DNA from: an uncultured Atribacterota bacterium
GTDB taxonomy: Bacteria; Atribacterota; Atribacteria; Atribacterales; Caldatribacteriaceae
Assembly (NCBI GenBank): GCA_964426875.1
Contig: CAYRSB010000002.1
Coordinates: 56,155 to 120,154 of the forward strand
Direction: 5' to 3'
DNA: 64,000 bases
The notes beneath the pieces were generated by a model, which worked only from the letters and a program-made list of their open reading frames with translations, did not search any database and had not been told where the DNA came from. The position numbers and the translations under genes are program-made. Within the stretch, counting starts at the first letter, position 1, and each line of letters begins with the position of its first letter. Shown in pieces: positions 36,165 to 46,949 of this stretch.

Positions 36165-36573
36165 CGGGGAACGTGCCGAGATTCTCTACGTCTGCTTCAG
36201 GGGAGAGATCAATGACCTCTTCTTCAGAAGGTACGACTCCTTTGGGGGTGCTGAGGAATTGAATGTTTTCGGCTCGAATTTCATAGGAAGTACGCTTTCC
36301 TCCGTTTCGGTCTTCCCAAGAGCTGGAACGGAGAGCCCCCACGACGGCTACCCTGCTTCCTTTGTGGAGATAGCGGGCACAGACCTCGGCAAGTTTCGAC
36401 CATGCGGCAACGGTGATATACGTAACTTCCTCCACTGGCCCACTTTTACCCTGATAGCGCCGATTCATGGCCATTCGGAAACGACAAACAGGCGTTCCCT
36501 GAGGGGTATACCGGAGTTCGGGGTCCTTGGTGAGGTTGCCAATGCCGAAAAAATAATTGATGTCTCTGGCCAT
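36082..36573 (-). CDS. ssb: single-stranded DNA-binding protein
   Basis: MARDINYFFGIGNLTKDPELRYTPQGTPVCRFRMAMNRR...SSSWEDRNGGKRTSYEIRAENIQFL with an acidic tail ending EEVPF. Confidence 0.9.
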   Translation of the reverse strand: MARDINYFFGIGNLTKDPELRYTPQGTPVCRFRMAMNRRYQGKSGPVEEVTYITVAAWSKLAEVCARYLHKGSRVAVVGALRSSSWEDRNGGKRTSYEIRAENIQFLSTPKGVVPSEEEVIDLSPEADVENLGTFPGEESEGPLGDLEDIPLADNEGSEEVPF

Positions 36574-36793
36574 GCATCGATACCCCCACATCTCTTATTC
36601 TCTCTTTGAGTTTAACACAGAAGAGGGGAGGGGGAAAGACTCTCCCCGAAAATTATCCGAGTTGATTTTTGAATGGGGTTTCGCGGGATTGTTTTTCCAG
36701 GCTTATTTTTGGAAAATTACAAGAAAACAAAAGGCGAGGCTTACCTATCTGTCCCCTCGACGGGAGAAGAGGCTTCTTGTAGAATAAGAAGGG

Positions 36794-37387
36794 GTGATGA
36801 CACTGGCTCGGGAAGCGCGTATTCAGCGAACGACTAAGGAAACGGAAATTGAGGTATACCTCAATATTGATGGTGGGAGGCACCTCAGTCTTGACCTTGG
36901 AGCCCCCTTTTTCCCCCACCTTCTTGAGGCTTTGGCCTTTCACGCCGGTTGGGATCTGACGCTGAAAGCCAGAGGAGATACCCACGTGGATTATCATCAT
37001 GTAGTAGAGGATGTGGGTATCGTCTTGGGGGAGGCATTCTCTCAGTGCCTTTCTGATAAAAGGGGGATTCGACGTTTTGGTTTTGCACTCATTCCTATGG
37101 ATGAAGCTTTAGGGATGGCTGCCGTGGACTGTGGTAGCCGGGCATACCTTGTGTATGATGTGCCCTCCTCTTTGGGGTTATGGGTAGGGGATTTCGAAGT
37201 TTCCCTCGTTGAGGAGTTTTTGAAGGCCTTTACCTCTTTTGCGCATGTTACACTCCATGCTAAAATATGGTGGGGTAAGAATGCTCACCACGCTCTCGAA
37301 GCGCTTTTCAAAGCCGTTGGCCGGGCATTTTCTGAGGCAACGCAAATAGTAGGGGATACTCTTCCGTCAACAAAGGGGGTATTGTAG
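36794..37387 (+). CDS. hisB: imidazoleglycerol-phosphate dehydratase
   Basis: RTTKETEIEVYLNIDG...GDTHVDYHHVVEDVGIVLG...HHALEALFKAVGRA. Confidence 0.93.
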   Translation: MMTLAREARIQRTTKETEIEVYLNIDGGRHLSLDLGAPFFPHLLEALAFHAGWDLTLKARGDTHVDYHHVVEDVGIVLGEAFSQCLSDKRGIRRFGFALIPMDEALGMAAVDCGSRAYLVYDVPSSLGLWVGDFEVSLVEEFLKAFTSFAHVTLHAKIWWGKNAHHALEALFKAVGRAFSEATQIVGDTLPSTKGVL

Positions 37388-37399
37388 GAGAGGGTAGCC

Positions 37400-38029
37400 A
37401 TGATAGCCATTGTGGATTACGGAATTGGCAATCTCCGCAGCGTTTCTAAGGCCCTGGAGCGGTTGGGGAGGAGTGTTCTCGTTACTAACCGCTCCGAAGA
37501 CGTCGAGAAGGCAGAAGCGGTAATCCTTCCGGGTGTGGGGTCTTTTGGAGAGGCTATGGAGAACATGGACAAAAGCCAACTCATTCCGGTGATTCGTCAG
37601 GCTTTCGAGGATGGAAAACCCATTCTCGGTATTTGTCTTGGACTTCAGCTTTTTTTCGAGCGGAGTCAGGAGGCCCCCAGAAAGAAAGGCCTCTCTCTTA
37701 TTCCTGGGGAAGTGCGGAAACTCCCCCCCACCACGAAGATTCCCCATATGGGGTGGAACAGGATTTACTTTAAGCGGCCCACCCCGCTTACCGAGAATAT
37801 CCCCCAGGGGCGTTTTTTCTATTTTGCTCATTCTTTCTATGTCCTTCCTGAAGATGAATCCTGCATCGTAGGAATCTGTAACTACAACGTGACCATCCCA
37901 GTGGTGGTGAGCATGGGAAACCTCTGGGGGGTACAATTCCACCCTGAAAAGAGTGCCACTTGGGGCATGAAATTCCTGGAAAACTGGGTGAGGAAACTCA
38001 ACGGCGATGCTTCTTATTCCAGCGATTGA
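37400..38029 (+). CDS. hisH: imidazole glycerol phosphate synthase, glutamine amidotransferase subunit
   Basis: [19 protein letters not shown]...LPGVGSFG...[10 protein letters not shown]...HMGWN...QFHPEKS. Confidence 0.93.
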   Translation: MIAIVDYGIGNLRSVSKALERLGRSVLVTNRSEDVEKAEAVILPGVGSFGEAMENMDKSQLIPVIRQAFEDGKPILGICLGLQLFFERSQEAPRKKGLSLIPGEVRKLPPTTKIPHMGWNRIYFKRPTPLTENIPQGRFFYFAHSFYVLPEDESCIVGICNYNVTIPVVVSMGNLWGVQFHPEKSATWGMKFLENWVRKLNGDASYSSD

Positions 38030-38729
38030 CCTTTTTGCCGGGCGAGTGGTACGTCTCACTCAGGGTGACTACGATCGCGTCGAAGTCTACCACGAAGACC
38101 CCCTTTTGGTGGCCAGGCGATGGGAGGAAGAAGGAGCGCCGATGCTTCACGTGGTAGACCTTGAAGGGGCACGTTTTGGGGAACCCAGAAATTTTTCTTC
38201 TATCGAGCGGATCATTAAGGGGGTTACCATTCCCGTTCAGGTTGGTGGAGGGGTCCGGAGTCTTTCGGTCTTCACGAGATATATTGAGGCAGGAGCAGCT
38301 TTTGTTGTTGTGGGGAGCGTGGTAGTAAAGGATTCGCAGACCTTTGAGAAGATGCTCGAGGTTGGGAAAGAAAAAGTCGCGGTGAGTCTTGACGTTCGGG
38401 ATGGAGAGCTTGTGGTTTCCGGATGGCTTGAAAGAACCCCTCTCCGGGCTGCCGACCTTGCTCGAGGTCTTTCTCAAAAAGGGGTCTCTCGTTTCATCTT
38501 CACCGACGTATCTCGGGATGGAACGCTTGAGGGGATTAATCCCGGGGTGATTCGAGAGTTCCTTGAAGAGAGCAGTGTTTCGATCATCGTTGCTGGTGGA
38601 GTGAGGGGGGAGGAAGATATCTTCCTTATTCGAGGCATTCGGGGTGTCGAAGGGGTCATCCTTGGAAAGGTTCTGTACGCCGGTCTTTTGAATTTTAAGG
38701 CAATCCTTAAGAAAATACAGGGGGAGTGA
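38007..38729 (+). CDS. hisA: 1-(5-phosphoribosyl)-5-[(5-phosphoribosylamino)methylideneamino]imidazole-4-carboxamide isomerase
   Basis: [22 protein letters not shown]...HVVDLEGA...[14 protein letters not shown]. Confidence 0.92.
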   Translation: MLLIPAIDLFAGRVVRLTQGDYDRVEVYHEDPLLVARRWEEEGAPMLHVVDLEGARFGEPRNFSSIERIIKGVTIPVQVGGGVRSLSVFTRYIEAGAAFVVVGSVVVKDSQTFEKMLEVGKEKVAVSLDVRDGELVVSGWLERTPLRAADLARGLSQKGVSRFIFTDVSRDGTLEGINPGVIREFLEESSVSIIVAGGVRGEEDIFLIRGIRGVEGVILGKVLYAGLLNFKAILKKIQGE

Positions 38730-38730
38730 A

Positions 38731-39510
38731 ATGTTAGCCAAGCGAATTATTCCCTGTCTTGATGTGAAAGAAGGCCGAGTGGTCAAAGGAGTCCATTTTG
38801 AGGACCTCCGGGATGTGGGGGATCCGGTGGAGCTTGCTAAAAGGTATGAGGAAGAAGGTGCCGATGAATTGGTTTTTCTCGACATTACCGCTTCTTACGA
38901 GCAAAGAGAAATCATGATCCATGTGGCTGAGAAGGTGGCAGAGGTCCTCACCATTCCTTTCACCGTTGGTGGAGGGATTGGTAGTGTCGAACATGTGAGC
39001 AAGCTCCTCAAAGCCGGGGCAGACAAGGTTTCCATCAACACTCAGGCCGTCTTGAATCCCAATCTCATCACCGAGCTCGCTGAACACTTCGGAAGTCAGT
39101 GTGTGGTGGTAGCTATAGACGTGCGGCGAACCTGGGATCGCATAACTTCTCGAAGCTACTGGGAAGTATTCATCAATGGTGGTCGTACTCCCACGGGGAA
39201 AGACGCCATTGCCTGGGCCCAGCAGGTGGAAAGGCTGGGAGCGGGCGAAATCCTTTTAACCAGCATGGATGCTGATGGAACACAGTCAGGCTATGATATC
39301 AGCCTCACCCGGAAGATAGCCGAAAAGGTGAAAATACCGGTTATTGCTTCTGGGGGAGCAGGAAAGCTTGAGCATTTGGCTGCTGTTTTGCAAGAGGGGA
39401 AAGCCGATGCAGCACTGGTGGCCTCCATTTTCCACTATCGCCATTACACCATTCCTGAGGCTAAAGCCTTTTTGCGCAAAAGGGGCATCCCGGTAAGGAT
39501 GGAAGAATGA
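38731..39510 (+). CDS. hisF: imidazole glycerol phosphate synthase, cyclase subunit
   Basis: [20 protein letters not shown]...[12 protein letters not shown]...GGGI...[14 protein letters not shown]. Confidence 0.94.
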   Translation: MLAKRIIPCLDVKEGRVVKGVHFEDLRDVGDPVELAKRYEEEGADELVFLDITASYEQREIMIHVAEKVAEVLTIPFTVGGGIGSVEHVSKLLKAGADKVSINTQAVLNPNLITELAEHFGSQCVVVAIDVRRTWDRITSRSYWEVFINGGRTPTGKDAIAWAQQVERLGAGEILLTSMDADGTQSGYDISLTRKIAEKVKIPVIASGGAGKLEHLAAVLQEGKADAALVASIFHYRHYTIPEAKAFLRKRGIPVRMEE

Positions 39511-40181
39511 TGAATGTTCTTGGGGAACTCACCTTCGACGAACGAGGGCTCATTCCGGCAGTCATCCAAGATGTTGAAAGTGGCAGGGTCCTCATGGTGG
39601 CCTACATGAATGAGGAGGCGCTCCGGAGAACCCTGGAGAGCAAAACCACTTGGTTCTATAGCCGGAGCCGAAAGTCTCTCTGGAACAAGGGAGTAACCAG
39701 CGGTCACGTGCAGCATGTGGAGGGGATCTATGTGGACTGTGATCATGATTGTCTTCTTATCCAGGTGAGACAGGAGGGAGTAGCCTGCCACACGGGATTT
39801 TTCTCCTGTTTCCATCACCTACTCACCGAAAGTGGCCTTTCTTCTCCTTCAGAGGGATATCCCCCCTATGCCCTTTCGGCCTTTCTTGAAGAGCTTTCCT
39901 CGGTTATAAAGGAGAGAGCACAGAATCCCTCTCCTTCTTCTTACACGGCAAAGCTTCTCGTCGAGGGCAGGGAGAAAATCCTTCGGAAAGTGGCTGAGGA
40001 GACAATTGAAGTTCTTTTGGCCTCCCTTGAGGGAGGAGAGACAAAAAAAGACCACCTTCGTTACGAAGTGGCCGATCTCCTCTATCACCTTCTCGTCCTT
40101 TTAGAGGAGGAAGGCCTCACCTATGGTGAGGTTATGGAAGAGCTTAAAGAGCGACATGTAAAGAGAAAAGCGTCTCAGTGA
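39507..40181 (+). CDS. hisIE: bifunctional phosphoribosyl-AMP cyclohydrolase / phosphoribosyl-ATP pyrophosphatase
   Basis: [26 protein letters not shown]...[14 protein letters not shown] (HisI) plus a C-terminal [13 protein letters not shown]...[13 protein letters not shown] (HisE). Confidence 0.9.
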   Translation: MMNVLGELTFDERGLIPAVIQDVESGRVLMVAYMNEEALRRTLESKTTWFYSRSRKSLWNKGVTSGHVQHVEGIYVDCDHDCLLIQVRQEGVACHTGFFSCFHHLLTESGLSSPSEGYPPYALSAFLEELSSVIKERAQNPSPSSYTAKLLVEGREKILRKVAEETIEVLLASLEGGETKKDHLRYEVADLLYHLLVLLEEEGLTYGEVMEELKERHVKRKASQ

Positions 40182-40194
40182 TGGGGGGTCTGAG

Positions 40195-41949
40195 GTGAAA
40201 AAGAAGGTGTTCCTTTTCCTTTGTGTCTTTCTTTTTGTGCTGAGTCTGTCTTGCGAGGTTTTCGCCCAGCCTACCCCGGTTGCCTGGGGTGACTTTCTGC
40301 AGTCACTCTCAAACATTTTGGGTATCTCTTGGCCCCTTCCTTCGGGCAAGAAAAAGACAGACCCGGTACTTCGTTTTGAGGCGATAAAAACCATGCTTCA
40401 AGTTTTATCGTACGACGATCTTCTCTCTTTTGTTGACACCACGAATACGGTTTTTAAGGATATCGAGGATTTGAGTGATGAAGAGAAACGATGGATTCTC
40501 CTTGCTGCTTCTCTGGAACCACCCCTTATTCGGGGAGATGTCTCAGGAAGGGTCTTTCCTAGAAGAGCCTTGACCACTCAGGAATTTGTCATCATAAAGG
40601 AGACCCTCAAAAATTACGCCTTGGGCACCATCCGCTTTGAGCGGCGGAAATCAATTCATCCTCACCTCGAGCTTGTGGTAAAGAAATGGGGCTTTTCCCC
40701 TCTCGAAAAGCAGAGCATTGTGCCCCCTACTTCTACTCCGGGAGAGACCTTTTTCCTTCAAGCAGGAGCTTATGAGAGCAAAGAGCGGGCAGAGCGGGTA
40801 GCAGGATGGCTTAAAGAATTAGGTTACGGTGTTGTTCTCCACGAAGAAGGAGGGCTTTTTAAGGTTCGAGTGGGGCCTTACCCAAAGGAGAGCCTCAAAG
40901 AGGTACAGAACCGCCTTGAGCGGCAGGGATTCCCTTCATACCCCGTTTTTACCCGCCAAGGGAAGCAAGCCGAGCAAGCCCTCCCCCCTGGCCCTTTCTT
41001 TACCATGGCTCTCCTTTTTGACCCTGAGGGTGCACCTTTTCGTCTCGAAGTGGCCCTGGCAAAAGATAGGGTCGTAGATCGAGAAAAGACGAGCGAGATT
41101 GCTAAAAGAAGAGGGGCACTCTTCGCCATGAATGCCAGTTTCTTTATCGAGAATGGGGACCCCATCGGTCTTTTCATGGTTGGGGGAAAAATCCTCAGTG
41201 AACCCCAGAAGGGATGGTACTCCCTGGGTATAACTGACGAGAACCACGTGGTTATCGGGGAAACTCGACTTGAATGCCGGGCCTTGGGAGGACAAGGAGA
41301 GGTAGGGATTGACGGGATCAATCGCTTGAATAACGATAACGAGGTTGTCTTTTACGATGCCTTTTTTGGAGATACGACCCCTGCCCAGGAAGGAGTAGAG
41401 GTCATCGTCCGACGAGGAGTGGTAGAGGAAGTGCGTCTTGGTGGAACGGGGAAAACTCCTATTCCCCAAGACGGTTTTGTACTTCTTGGGAGAGGCAAAG
41501 CCGGACAGGCCCTTCGCCAAGCCTTCTTCCCTGGAGACCACATCCGGGTGAAGATGACCCTCTATTCTCCTCCTGAGCAACTTGAAGAATGGCGCCGGGT
41601 ACGATATGCCATAAGTGGAGGACCTCTTCTTTTCTCTGGGGGACAGCCCGGTCCTTTTGGGGATTTCAATCCTGATATCGTGGCCAAAAGACATCCCCGA
41701 GCTGTTTCGGGGACTTTGGAGGATGGGCGGATTCTCTTCTGGATTGTCGATGGACGAAGACCAGGGCACAGCGTGGGTATGACGATTGAAGAAGTGGTGC
41801 AAGAGCTTCAAAGCTACAATGTGCGTGATGCTTTGAACCTTGACGGGGGCGGGTCAACTACCTTTTACCTTGAGGGAAGGGTCCTCAATCTTCCTTCAGA
41901 CCTCGTCGGGGAGAGAAAGGTTTCTTCGGCCATTCTTCTTATTCCATGA
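40195..41949 (+). CDS. secreted SPOR-domain / phosphodiester glycosidase (NAGPA, DUF2233) family protein
   Basis: Signal peptide. SPOR-like FFLQAGAYESKERAERVAGWLKELGY...FKVRVGPY, then C-terminal NASFF...GGPLL...RHPRAVSG...VDGR...LNLDGGGST. Confidence 0.75.
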   Translation: MKKKVFLFLCVFLFVLSLSCEVFAQPTPVAWGDFLQSLSNILGISWPLPSGKKKTDPVLRFEAIKTMLQVLSYDDLLSFVDTTNTVFKDIEDLSDEEKRWILLAASLEPPLIRGDVSGRVFPRRALTTQEFVIIKETLKNYALGTIRFERRKSIHPHLELVVKKWGFSPLEKQSIVPPTSTPGETFFLQAGAYESKERAERVAGWLKELGYGVVLHEEGGLFKVRVGPYPKESLKEVQNRLERQGFPSYPVFTRQGKQAEQALPPGPFFTMALLFDPEGAPFRLEVALAKDRVVDREKTSEIAKRRGALFAMNASFFIENGDPIGLFMVGGKILSEPQKGWYSLGITDENHVVIGETRLECRALGGQGEVGIDGINRLNNDNEVVFYDAFFGDTTPAQEGVEVIVRRGVVEEVRLGGTGKTPIPQDGFVLLGRGKAGQALRQAFFPGDHIRVKMTLYSPPEQLEEWRRVRYAISGGPLLFSGGQPGPFGDFNPDIVAKRHPRAVSGTLEDGRILFWIVDGRRPGHSVGMTIEEVVQELQSYNVRDALNLDGGGSTTFYLEGRVLNLPSDLVGERKVSSAILLIP

Positions 41950-42662
41950 TACGAGTTGGGGTGTGCGGCTTTCCCAAAAAGAGGGCCGAGATATTTGCAC
42001 TCTTTGATGTTGTGGAAGCACAAAAGACTTTCTACGATTTTGTGCCTTCAGAGACTCTTTTTCACTGGGCAAGAGAAGCACCACCCCATTTTACCTTCAC
42101 CATGAAGGCTTTTCAGGGCATTACTCATCCGGTGCTCTCTCCTACCTATCGTCGAACAAAGCTTCCTCTCCATTTTAGGTCGGAAGGCCTCGGATTTTTT
42201 CGAGAAACTCCCGAAGTTGAGGAGTGTGCCCGTCGCACTCAGGAAATGGCAAAGGTCCTCGGGGCTCGAGTTATCGTTTTCCAGTGTCCCCCTTCTTTTT
42301 CTCCTTCTTTGGAAAACATGAGGAATCTCACCCGCTTCTTCGAGCGTTTTCCCCGGGAAGGGAGCATTTTGGCCTGGGAGCCCCGTGGGAAATGGAGGAA
42401 AGAGGAGATACGGGACATTTGTGAGTCTCTTGACCTTGTGCATGTGGTTGATCCCTTCGTAGCCGAACCCCAGTGGGGGGGTATCTATTACTTTCGTCTT
42501 CACGGTAAGGGTTCTTACCACTACTTTTACGGTGATGAGGACCTCTCTTTCCTTTGTGACTTTGTAAAGGGTCTTGAGCGAGAGGTCTTTTGCCTCTTTA
42601 ACAACGTTCCGATGTTTGAGAATGCCCTCGCCTTCAAGCGAATGCTTGTGCCGTCTCCTTGA
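41946..42662 (+). CDS. DUF72-family protein
   Basis: MIRVGVCGFP....FDVVEAQKTFYDFVPSETLFHWAREAPPHFTFTMKAFQGITH. Confidence 0.75.
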   Translation: MIRVGVCGFPKKRAEIFALFDVVEAQKTFYDFVPSETLFHWAREAPPHFTFTMKAFQGITHPVLSPTYRRTKLPLHFRSEGLGFFRETPEVEECARRTQEMAKVLGARVIVFQCPPSFSPSLENMRNLTRFFERFPREGSILAWEPRGKWRKEEIRDICESLDLVHVVDPFVAEPQWGGIYYFRLHGKGSYHYFYGDEDLSFLCDFVKGLEREVFCLFNNVPMFENALAFKRMLVPSP

Positions 42663-43302
42663 GGCTCTTTCGCAGAAACTTTAAAAGGTCAGAAGGGCGA
42701 AGGAGCACGAAGTCGGGATGCATGGCCAAAACCCTCTTCCTTTCCAAAGCACCCCACAAAGCCAGGGCAAAAGGCATGCCTGCAAGGTGCGAGGCGGTTA
42801 TATCATAAACGCTGTCCCCCACGAAAATGGCCTCCTTCGGCCCTACTGAGAGCTCGGTACAGGCTACAAGAAGAGGATCTGGGTAGGGTTTAGGTCGTGG
42901 AGCATCCTCGGCACAGATGATGGCCCTAAAAAGGTGATTCAGCCCCAGGTGGTCAAACTGGTACGGCATTTCTGAACGAACCTTGGCAGTGACGATGGCC
43001 ATAGGTATGCCCTCTTCATGGAGGGTTTCGAGTACCTCTCTCATCCCAGGAAAGAGACTCACCCGGGACATGCCCTCTTTGATGAGCTCCTGCCAGCGCT
43101 GCACAAAGTATTCCGCCTGTTCTTTCGGAATACCTAGCTTTTTCACCGTTTCGGGGCTTGGAATTCCCAGGGTGAAGATAAAGAATTCCTCCGGTCTATT
43201 CTCTCTGGTTACTTCTCGATAGGCTTCTTTTACCGCCCAAAGAAAAAGAGTATTCGTGTCGGTTAGGGTTCCGTCTATGTCGAATATTACCGCTTTGAAC
43301 AT
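42634..43302 (-). CDS. HAD-superfamily hydrolase (phosphoglycolate phosphatase/PpaX-like)
   Basis: MFKAVIFDIDGTLTDT...VTAK...FVGDSVYDI. Confidence 0.85.
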   Translation of the reverse strand: MFKAVIFDIDGTLTDTNTLFLWAVKEAYREVTRENRPEEFFIFTLGIPSPETVKKLGIPKEQAEYFVQRWQELIKEGMSRVSLFPGMREVLETLHEEGIPMAIVTAKVRSEMPYQFDHLGLNHLFRAIICAEDAPRPKPYPDPLLVACTELSVGPKEAIFVGDSVYDITASHLAGMPFALALWGALERKRVLAMHPDFVLLRPSDLLKFLRKSLKETAQAFA

Positions 43303-43516
43303 GTTCTCACGCTCCGGTGCAAAGGCTTCTTTGTATTATACCAGGCCTGTCAAGGACACGTTCTTGGGCGACAGGCTGTGCAGCCGGCAGTGCCCGGTTG
43401 TGTACGGTGCCGGAGCTTGCAGTGGTTTTTCTCAAAGGTTTCTTGCCTGGAGATTTTGACTTTTGAGGGAATTCTTTCTAAAATTCAGGCAGAAGGTAAC
43501 CTTGGGAGAAGAGAGA

Positions 43517-46240
43517 ATGTCGTTGCGGTGGCGGGTAACTTATATTGTATGGAGTATCCTATTCATTCTTTTTGTCATCTTCTTTGTGACCCGTCGTTTT
43601 CTTACCCAGGATTTTCTTTCTCTTGAAGAGCTCGATATTTCAAAAAGCGCCGAGAGAGTTTTGGCTCTGGTGGAGAGTGAGAAGCAAACCCTTGAGCGTA
43701 GCCTCATTGACTGGTCTTTCTGGGAAGATACGTACCAGTTTGTGGGAGGAATGTATCCAGAGTACGTCAAGGTAAACTGTACTGATGACGTCTTTCTCAA
43801 CCTTCGTCTTCATTTTATGGGCTTTTTCCGGGAGGATGGAACGCTCTTTTTTGGAAGAAGGGAAGAGGGGAGTCTCCCTTTACCCTCTTTCCCACCGGAG
43901 ATTTTTGACCTTCTTAAGCCGCAGGACTTGCAAGATGTGAAGAGTGGCTTTTTCAAAACTTCTGAAGGGATCTTTATGGTGGCCTTTTCCCGTATTCTCA
44001 GAAGCAATCTTTCCGGTCCACCCCGGGGGTTTCTTCTCTTCGGTCGCCTTGTCGATGAGGAATTCATCGGGCGTTTGGAGGAACTCTCCGGTTTCTCTTT
44101 TCGCTTTGGAGAAGTGAGTGGGGTTCCCGAAAAGACTGTGCGGGTCGAAGAATTGTCCCCCAGGGAGAAAGGCGTTACCCTCTTTTTCCCTTATCTTCAG
44201 GGAAATGGGGCGTTGCAACTTTCTTTTCCCTATGAACGAGTAGTTTTCCTTAAGGCTCAAGAATCACTGAGAGCCCTCTCTCTTCATCTCTTTGGGGGGA
44301 GTGCCTTGCTGTTTCTCTTCCTTTTCCTCTTTATGGGGAGGACAGTTGTGCGGAGGATTCTTGCAGTGGCCTCTTTTCTCGAGGATGTTCGCATAAGGAG
44401 AGATTTTACTCCTCGTCTTTCCCCTTCAGGGGGGGACGAGCTACAGATTTTGCAGGAAGCGGTAAACGACCTTCTGGCAAGTATTGAAAAAGCCCAGGAG
44501 GACCTCAGGGCAAGTGAAACCCGGTTTCGGGAACTCTTTGAAAGAGTCCCGGTGGGAGTTTATCGGGCGCGCTTTGGAGGGGAAATACTCCTGGCTAATT
44601 CCCGAATGGTTGAGCTTTTCGGCTGTAGTAATCTTACAGAACTCAGAGAACAGGGCCTTGGATTCTTCAGAAGGGATGCTCTTTTCACCTTAGAGTATTT
44701 TGAACGTCTTTTAAGAGAGCAAGGCGAAATTCGAGGTCTTGTAAGCACCTGGGCACGGAGTGATGGTGTGCCTCTTTTCCTTCGGGAAAGCGCTCGCCTG
44801 GTGGGAGGAGAGTTTTATGAGGGAACCCTGGAGGATGTAACCGGTGAGGTTCTGGCCCGAGAGGATCTCAAAAAGAGTGAAATGTACTATCGGATTCTTC
44901 TGGAATACAGTTCCGATGGAGTAGTAGTTCTTGACCGGGAAGGACGAGTACGTTTTGCAACCTCTTCGATGGAGAACGTTACCGGTTTCAGGCCTGAGGA
45001 ACTTCAAGGAACCCTGGCTTTCACCTTTGTGCATTCTCAGGACGTGCGCTTGGTAAAAAGGGCCTTTTTAAGGGGCAAGGAGGGAGTAGTTAAGCGGGTA
45101 GAGTTTCGTCTCCGTCATCGTGATGGGAATTTCCAGGTGGTGGAGGCAGTAGGCAGAATACTCTTGGAACACCCTCTCGTCCAGGGGGTAGTGGTAACCG
45201 TTCGGGATATCACCGAAAGAAAAAAGATCGAAGAGGCCATTCGTTATGCCAGTTTCCGGGATGCCCTGACCGGGCTTTATAACCGGGCGTATTTTGAAGA
45301 GGAACTTACTCGTTTGAGCGGTACTCGCTTTTTGCCCTTGAGTGTTATCATTGGGGATCTCAACGGACTTAAAATCACCAATGATGTCTTTGGTCATGGA
45401 GAAGGAGACAAGGTCCTGAAGCTTGTAGCCAAGGTTTTCCGGGAAGTTTGCCGGCAAAGCGATGTTGTAGCTCGCTGGGGAGGAGACGAATTTGCCGTCA
45501 TCCTACCCAGAGCCGATGCACAGGTTGTTGTGAATGTCTGTGAGAGGGTGCAGAAGAGGCTCGGAGAGGAGGGGTTTCCACTCCCGGTGAGCATCGCCTT
45601 AGGCTGGGCCACCAGAGAATCCTCCCCTGTGGATCCCGAGGGTTTGGTTCGAGAGGCAGAAGAAAGGATGTATCGGGTGAAGCTTTCTGAAAGAGAGACC
45701 ATGTACCAGAGTATTCTGAAGACTCTTGAAAAGATCCTCAAGGAAGTTCAAGGAGAGGTATACCTTGTAAAGATGGAGCGTTTGGCCTCTTCCTTTGGAA
45801 GGAAGTTGCATCTTTCGCAGGAAGAAGAGGACCACCTCGTGCTTTTGGCTCGCTTTGTCGATGTGGGAGTGGTGGCTCTGGCTCAGAGAGGTTGGGGGTC
45901 GAATCTTGAGGGTGAAACCTTCATTCGCCAGCATACCGAGTCTGGGTACTTTATCGCCAGCAACATCCCTCTCCTTTCCCCTCTGGCAGAGGCGATTCTC
46001 TCCCATCACGAGCGGTGGGATGGCAGAGGGCTTCCCCGAGGGCTAAAAGGAGAAGAAATTCCTTTTCTCTCCAGGGTTGTGGCATTGTGTGAAGCTTTTC
46101 TTTTAAGACCTTATGAGGAGGCTTTGAGTTTTATTCAGAGCCAGAGTGGCTATATTTTTGATCCCTTCCTGGCCCTGGAATTCATCAATTTTGCCAAGAG
46201 TGACTTTGTCGAAAATGGTGCTGAGTGGATGAATCGATGA
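43517..46240 (+). CDS. membrane sensor: CHASE4-like, PAS x2, GGDEF (intact, with RxxD I-site) and a degenerate HD-GYP domain
   Basis: ATG 43517 (MSLRWRVTYIVWSILFILFV). WSFWEDTYQF is CHASE4-like. RQSDVVARWGGDEF holds the I-site and active site. SHHERWDGRGLPRGL marks HD-GYP, but the H and HD metal ligands are replaced (MERLA.., RFVDVG). Confidence 0.85.
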   Translation: MSLRWRVTYIVWSILFILFVIFFVTRRFLTQDFLSLEELDISKSAERVLALVESEKQTLERSLIDWSFWEDTYQFVGGMYPEYVKVNCTDDVFLNLRLHFMGFFREDGTLFFGRREEGSLPLPSFPPEIFDLLKPQDLQDVKSGFFKTSEGIFMVAFSRILRSNLSGPPRGFLLFGRLVDEEFIGRLEELSGFSFRFGEVSGVPEKTVRVEELSPREKGVTLFFPYLQGNGALQLSFPYERVVFLKAQESLRALSLHLFGGSALLFLFLFLFMGRTVVRRILAVASFLEDVRIRRDFTPRLSPSGGDELQILQEAVNDLLASIEKAQEDLRASETRFRELFERVPVGVYRARFGGEILLANSRMVELFGCSNLTELREQGLGFFRRDALFTLEYFERLLREQGEIRGLVSTWARSDGVPLFLRESARLVGGEFYEGTLEDVTGEVLAREDLKKSEMYYRILLEYSSDGVVVLDREGRVRFATSSMENVTGFRPEELQGTLAFTFVHSQDVRLVKRAFLRGKEGVVKRVEFRLRHRDGNFQVVEAVGRILLEHPLVQGVVVTVRDITERKKIEEAIRYASFRDALTGLYNRAYFEEELTRLSGTRFLPLSVIIGDLNGLKITNDVFGHGEGDKVLKLVAKVFREVCRQSDVVARWGGDEFAVILPRADAQVVVNVCERVQKRLGEEGFPLPVSIALGWATRESSPVDPEGLVREAEERMYRVKLSERETMYQSILKTLEKILKEVQGEVYLVKMERLASSFGRKLHLSQEEEDHLVLLARFVDVGVVALAQRGWGSNLEGETFIRQHTESGYFIASNIPLLSPLAEAILSHHERWDGRGLPRGLKGEEIPFLSRVVALCEAFLLRPYEEALSFIQSQSGYIFDPFLALEFINFAKSDFVENGAEWMNR

Positions 46241-46284
46241 AATTCTTTGCGATATAATAGGGCCACGGAAAGGAAGGGAAAATC

Positions 46285-46941
46285 ATGGACGAAGATAAAC
46301 TTCGCCAGGAGTTGGCTTTTTTCGGGCGAAAAATCCTTGAAGTGGGCCTTGTGGTAGGGCCGGGAGGAAACATTAGCGCAAGGTGTGGGGAAGACATGCT
46401 CATTTCTCCCAGTGGTCTTTCTTTTGAGGAGGTACCCCCGGAAGGATATGTCAAGGTACATATTTCTTCCCTGATTGCCAAAGAAGGAGGGCGGCCTTCT
46501 TCGGAAGTAGCGATGCACCGGGCCATCTACCTTGCCCGTCCGGATGTGAATGCCGTGGTCCACGTTCATCCCCCCTTTGTCATCGGAGTAGTGAGCGGAG
46601 GGGGAGAAGTTCGACCAATGTTCCCCGATTTTGTGGCCCTCATACATCGGGTTGTCGTCCTGGACTATATCCTTCCCTGTACTGAAGAACTGGCCTTGGC
46701 AGTGCAGGGTGCTGCCCAGAAGGCGGAGGCGATTCTTCTTCGAAATCACGGAGCGGTGACTGTGGGGACCACTCTCAAAGAGGCTTTCTACCGGGCCCAG
46801 ATTCTCGAGGAAGCGGCAAAAATCACCACCATTGCCCACCTTTTCGGAAGTCCGCATGTGTTAAGCGAGAAAGAACAAAGAGAATTACTCTCTCTTGATG
46901 CGGAGAAATATCGACAGAAAGTCCTGAAGGAATACGCGTGA
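46285..46941 (+). CDS. class II aldolase/adducin-family protein (L-fuculose-phosphate aldolase / ribulose-5-P epimerase-like)
   Basis: GPGGNISAR...ISPSG...RPSSEVAMHRAIY...AVVHVHPP...LLRNHGAVTVG. Confidence 0.85.
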   Translation: MDEDKLRQELAFFGRKILEVGLVVGPGGNISARCGEDMLISPSGLSFEEVPPEGYVKVHISSLIAKEGGRPSSEVAMHRAIYLARPDVNAVVHVHPPFVIGVVSGGGEVRPMFPDFVALIHRVVVLDYILPCTEELALAVQGAAQKAEAILLRNHGAVTVGTTLKEAFYRAQILEEAAKITTIAHLFGSPHVLSEKEQRELLSLDAEKYRQKVLKEYA

Positions 46942-46949
46942 GGTTCTTG

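Noticed and set aside
43303-43516. GC-rich hairpins (GCCTGTC...GACAGGC; CCGGCA...TGCCGG) in the divergent HAD/diguanylate-cyclase intergenic region as a possible riboswitch or sRNA.
   Set aside because: I could not match them to any riboswitch class core. The stems are short and lie between two divergent promoters, so evidence is insufficient for a call.
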